Origin: Candidatus Margulisiibacteriota bacterium
Lineage (GTDB): Bacteria; Margulisbacteria; WOR-1; O2-12-FULL-45-9
Assembly (NCBI GenBank): GCA_034723395.1
Contig: JAYEOW010000007.1
Coordinates: forward strand, 1-64,000
Length of the DNA: 64,000 nt
Reading direction: 5' to 3'
Part shown: in pieces, positions 61,480 to 64,000 of the stretch
Layout: each line of letters opens with the position of its first letter
Numbering within the stretch: position 1 is the stretch's first letter
Made by a program: the position numbers and the translations under genes
The notes under the pieces: model-generated
Told to the model about the DNA's origin: nothing
The model's input: the letters and a program-made list of their open reading frames with translations, nothing else
The model's database searches: none

Positions 61480-62397
61480 ATGAAAGACCTTGTTTCTATC
61501 CACGATCTCTCTTCTCAAGAGATTCAAAAAATATTTAACCTGGCATCTAAACTTAAAGGTAAGCCCGAAAGTTCGCTGCTCAAAGGGAAGAGCCTGGCCC
61601 TTATTTTTGAGAAGCCCTCGACCCGTACCCGGGTCTCTTTTGAGGTAGGGATGTACCAACTTGGCGGCAAAACTGTCCACCTTTCACCACGGGCGGTCCA
61701 GCTGGGGGAGCGGGAGGCGATCTCCGATGTTGCGCGCACTCTTTCGCGGTATGTAAATGGGGTAATGCTGCGGACCTTTTCCCACAAGAATCTGGTTGAA
61801 TACGCAAAATATTCCGATGTTCCGGTGATCAACGGACTTTCGGACCTGCTGCATCCCTGCCAGGCGCTAGCCGATATTTTTACGGTGCTCGAAAAGAAAA
61901 AGAGCTTAAAGGAAATAAAATTCGCCTACATCGGCGATGGGAATAATGTCTGCAACTCACTTATGTTCGCGGCGGCAAAGACGGGGATGGACCTGACGGT
62001 TGCCACTCCCAGGGGGTTTGAGCCCAGGGAGAGGGTTACGGAGCTGGTTTTTCAAGACGCCAAAAAGACCGGCTGTGAAATCGATATCCTAAACGACCCG
62101 GTGATCGCGGCCAGGGATGCGGATGTTATCTATACCGATGTCTGGGCGTCGATGGGGCAGGAGAAGGAGAGTAAAAACCGGAAGAAAAAATTCAACAAGT
62201 TCCAGGTGAACGCCCAATTACTTGCTTTGGCAAAGAAGGACACAATTATTATGCATTGCCTGCCGGCCCACCGCGGGGAGGAGATCACGGACAAAGTGTT
62301 GGAATCAAAGAGTTCCGTAGTCTTTGACCAGGCGGAGAACCGGCTGCACGTCCAAAAAGCGGTATTGGCAATACTCTTAGGAGGGAAAAATGATTAA
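61480..62397 (+). CDS. argF: Ornithine carbamoyltransferase
   Basis: [22 protein letters not shown]. Confidence 0.98.
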   Translation: MKDLVSIHDLSSQEIQKIFNLASKLKGKPESSLLKGKSLALIFEKPSTRTRVSFEVGMYQLGGKTVHLSPRAVQLGEREAISDVARTLSRYVNGVMLRTFSHKNLVEYAKYSDVPVINGLSDLLHPCQALADIFTVLEKKKSLKEIKFAYIGDGNNVCNSLMFAAAKTGMDLTVATPRGFEPRERVTELVFQDAKKTGCEIDILNDPVIAARDADVIYTDVWASMGQEKESKNRKKKFNKFQVNAQLLALAKKDTIIMHCLPAHRGEEITDKVLESKSSVVFDQAENRLHVQKAVLAILLGGKND

Positions 62398-63607
62398 CAA
62401 GGTGGTTTTGGCATATTCTGGGGGGTTGGATACCTCAGTAATGATCCCATGGCTTAAGGAGAATTATGGCTGTGAGGTTATCGCTTTTGCCGCCGACCTG
62501 GGACAGGCGGAAGAGCTAAAGGGATTAAAACAGAAGGCGATCAGGACCGGAGCCTCGAAGATCTATATCGAAGACCTGCGGGAAGAATTTGCTGACGATT
62601 TTATATTTCCTATGCTTAAGTCGGGCGCGATTTACGAAGGAGAATATCTTTTGGGGACCTCGATTGCCCGTCCGCTGATTGCAAAGCGCCAGGTAGAGAT
62701 CGCAAAGAAAGAGAAAGCAGATGCCGTTTCCCACGGGGCGACCGGAAAAGGGAACGATCAGGTCCGTTTTGAATTAACCTACAAGGCGCTTGCCCCCGAT
62801 CTAAAGATCGTTGTTCCCTGGAGGGAATGGGACCTTAAAGGGCGCGAAGAAGAGATAGAATATGCTAAAAAACGCGGGATCCCGGTACCGGTTTCAAAGC
62901 GTAAACCGTATTCCTCTGACCGGAATCTATGGCACATTAGTTATGAAGGCGGGGTCTTAGAAGATCCATGGTATGAGCCCAGGGAGGATATGTTCATTTT
63001 GACCCGTTCGCCGGAGAAAGCTCCGAACCGGCCGACTTACGTCGAGATCGAGCTTGAAAAAGGGATCCCGGTAAAAGTGAACGGCAAAAGCTATAAAGGA
63101 TACAGGCTGATCGAAAAACTAAATGAGATCGGCGGCAAAAACGGGATCGGGCGGGTCGATATCGTAGAGAATCGTTTAGTCGGAATAAAATCCCGCGGAG
63201 TTTACGAAACTCCGGGAGGGACGATCCTCTACCTGGCGCACCAGGCGCTCGAGTCGATCACGCTGGACCGTGACACGCTGCATTATAAGCAGCAAGTTGC
63301 TTTGCGTTATGCCGAATTAGTTTATTACGGCCAATGGTACTCGCCGCTGCGCGAATCATTGGATGCTTTTATTGATAAAACACAGCAAGTGGTTGGCGGG
63401 ACGGTTCATTTGAAATTATATAAAGGGAACTGCACGGTTGTCGGCAGGAGATCGAAGTATTCGCTGTATCAGACTGACCTGGCGACCTTTGAAAAAGAAG
63501 AGGTCTATAACCAGAAAGACGCGGAGGGCTTCATTAATCTCTTCGGTCTCCCCATGAAGGTCCAAGCTAAGCGTCCCTCGATCCGTCTCGGGACAAGGAG
63601 GAAATAG
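62390..63607 (+). CDS. argG: Argininosuccinate synthase
   Basis: [28 protein letters not shown]. Confidence 0.98.
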   Translation: MINKVVLAYSGGLDTSVMIPWLKENYGCEVIAFAADLGQAEELKGLKQKAIRTGASKIYIEDLREEFADDFIFPMLKSGAIYEGEYLLGTSIARPLIAKRQVEIAKKEKADAVSHGATGKGNDQVRFELTYKALAPDLKIVVPWREWDLKGREEEIEYAKKRGIPVPVSKRKPYSSDRNLWHISYEGGVLEDPWYEPREDMFILTRSPEKAPNRPTYVEIELEKGIPVKVNGKSYKGYRLIEKLNEIGGKNGIGRVDIVENRLVGIKSRGVYETPGGTILYLAHQALESITLDRDTLHYKQQVALRYAELVYYGQWYSPLRESLDAFIDKTQQVVGGTVHLKLYKGNCTVVGRRSKYSLYQTDLATFEKEEVYNQKDAEGFINLFGLPMKVQAKRPSIRLGTRRK

Positions 63608-63608
63608 A

Positions 63609-64000
63609 ATGGTAAAAAAGAAATCCAATAAAGCGTGGGCAGGGAGATTTACCCAGCCGCTGGCAAAATCGGTGGAAGAGTTCTCTGCTTCGGTCCATTA
63701 TGATGTGCGGTTGTACAAACAGGATATTAAGCAGAGCATCGCCTATTCCAAAGCTTTAGTAAAAGCGAGAGTTATTTCCACTGCGGAGTCAAAAAAGATC
63801 ATCAAGGGGCTTGAAGCGATCTTAAGAGGGATCAAGAGCAAAAAAATAAAGCTTCGCCAGGAGTTGGAAGATGTGCACATGAATATCGAATCGCTCCTGA
63901 TCGAAAAGGTCGGTGAAGTGGGGAAGAAGCTCCATTCTGGCCGTTCGCGCAATGACCAGGTTTCTACCGATTTGCGCATGTATTTAAAAGAAGAAGCCTC
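63609..64000 (+). CDS. argH: Argininosuccinate lyase, 5' part (runs off the window)
   Basis: MVKKKSNKAWAGRF..., EDVHMNIE, KLHSGRSRNDQ. Confidence 0.95.
   Translation, partial: MVKKKSNKAWAGRFTQPLAKSVEEFSASVHYDVRLYKQDIKQSIAYSKALVKARVISTAESKKIIKGLEAILRGIKSKKIKLRQELEDVHMNIESLLIEKVGEVGKKLHSGRSRNDQVSTDLRMYLKEEA

Overview
Bacterial chromosomal window with moderate GC. SLH-tethered outer-membrane barrels, ddl-ftsQ-ftsZ without ftsA and type IV pilus genes suggest a diderm Terrabacterium, possibly a non-photosynthetic relative of Cyanobacteria such as Saganbacteria/Margulisbacteria (inference only). Most genes are housekeeping: tgt, trpC, eno, lpdA, ddl/ftsQ/ftsZ, greA, miaB, prs, hom, birA, aroH/aroF, hflX, pilB/pilC/pilin, nadE and argFGH. 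The main signal is a bipartite motif, (G/C)TGAAAT-N14-nnCGAWA with invariant spacing, found upstream of nine non-housekeeping genes between 3 and 22 kb and not noticed upstream of housekeeping genes. It looks like an alternative-sigma promoter. The nine genes encode highly divergent glycolytic enzymes (GAPDH, PGK, PPi-PFK and two PPDK-like proteins lacking the PEP/pyruvate domain), an atypical Ser/Thr kinase, a Cys-His-Asp enzyme, a Com-like zinc finger and an orphan. Most have acid-poor, basic N-termini, so they may be a co-regulated and possibly exported 'second glycolysis'/effector set. Other signals: a cassette-like accessory region between greA and miaB with repeated boundary sequences and three copies of the miaB 5' end; a PorV-like barrel-SLH fusion next to a protein with a T9SS-like C-terminal signal; palindromic repeats read in frame within genes; and widespread apparent leaderless genes. 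No rRNA, tRNA or CRISPR array was seen.
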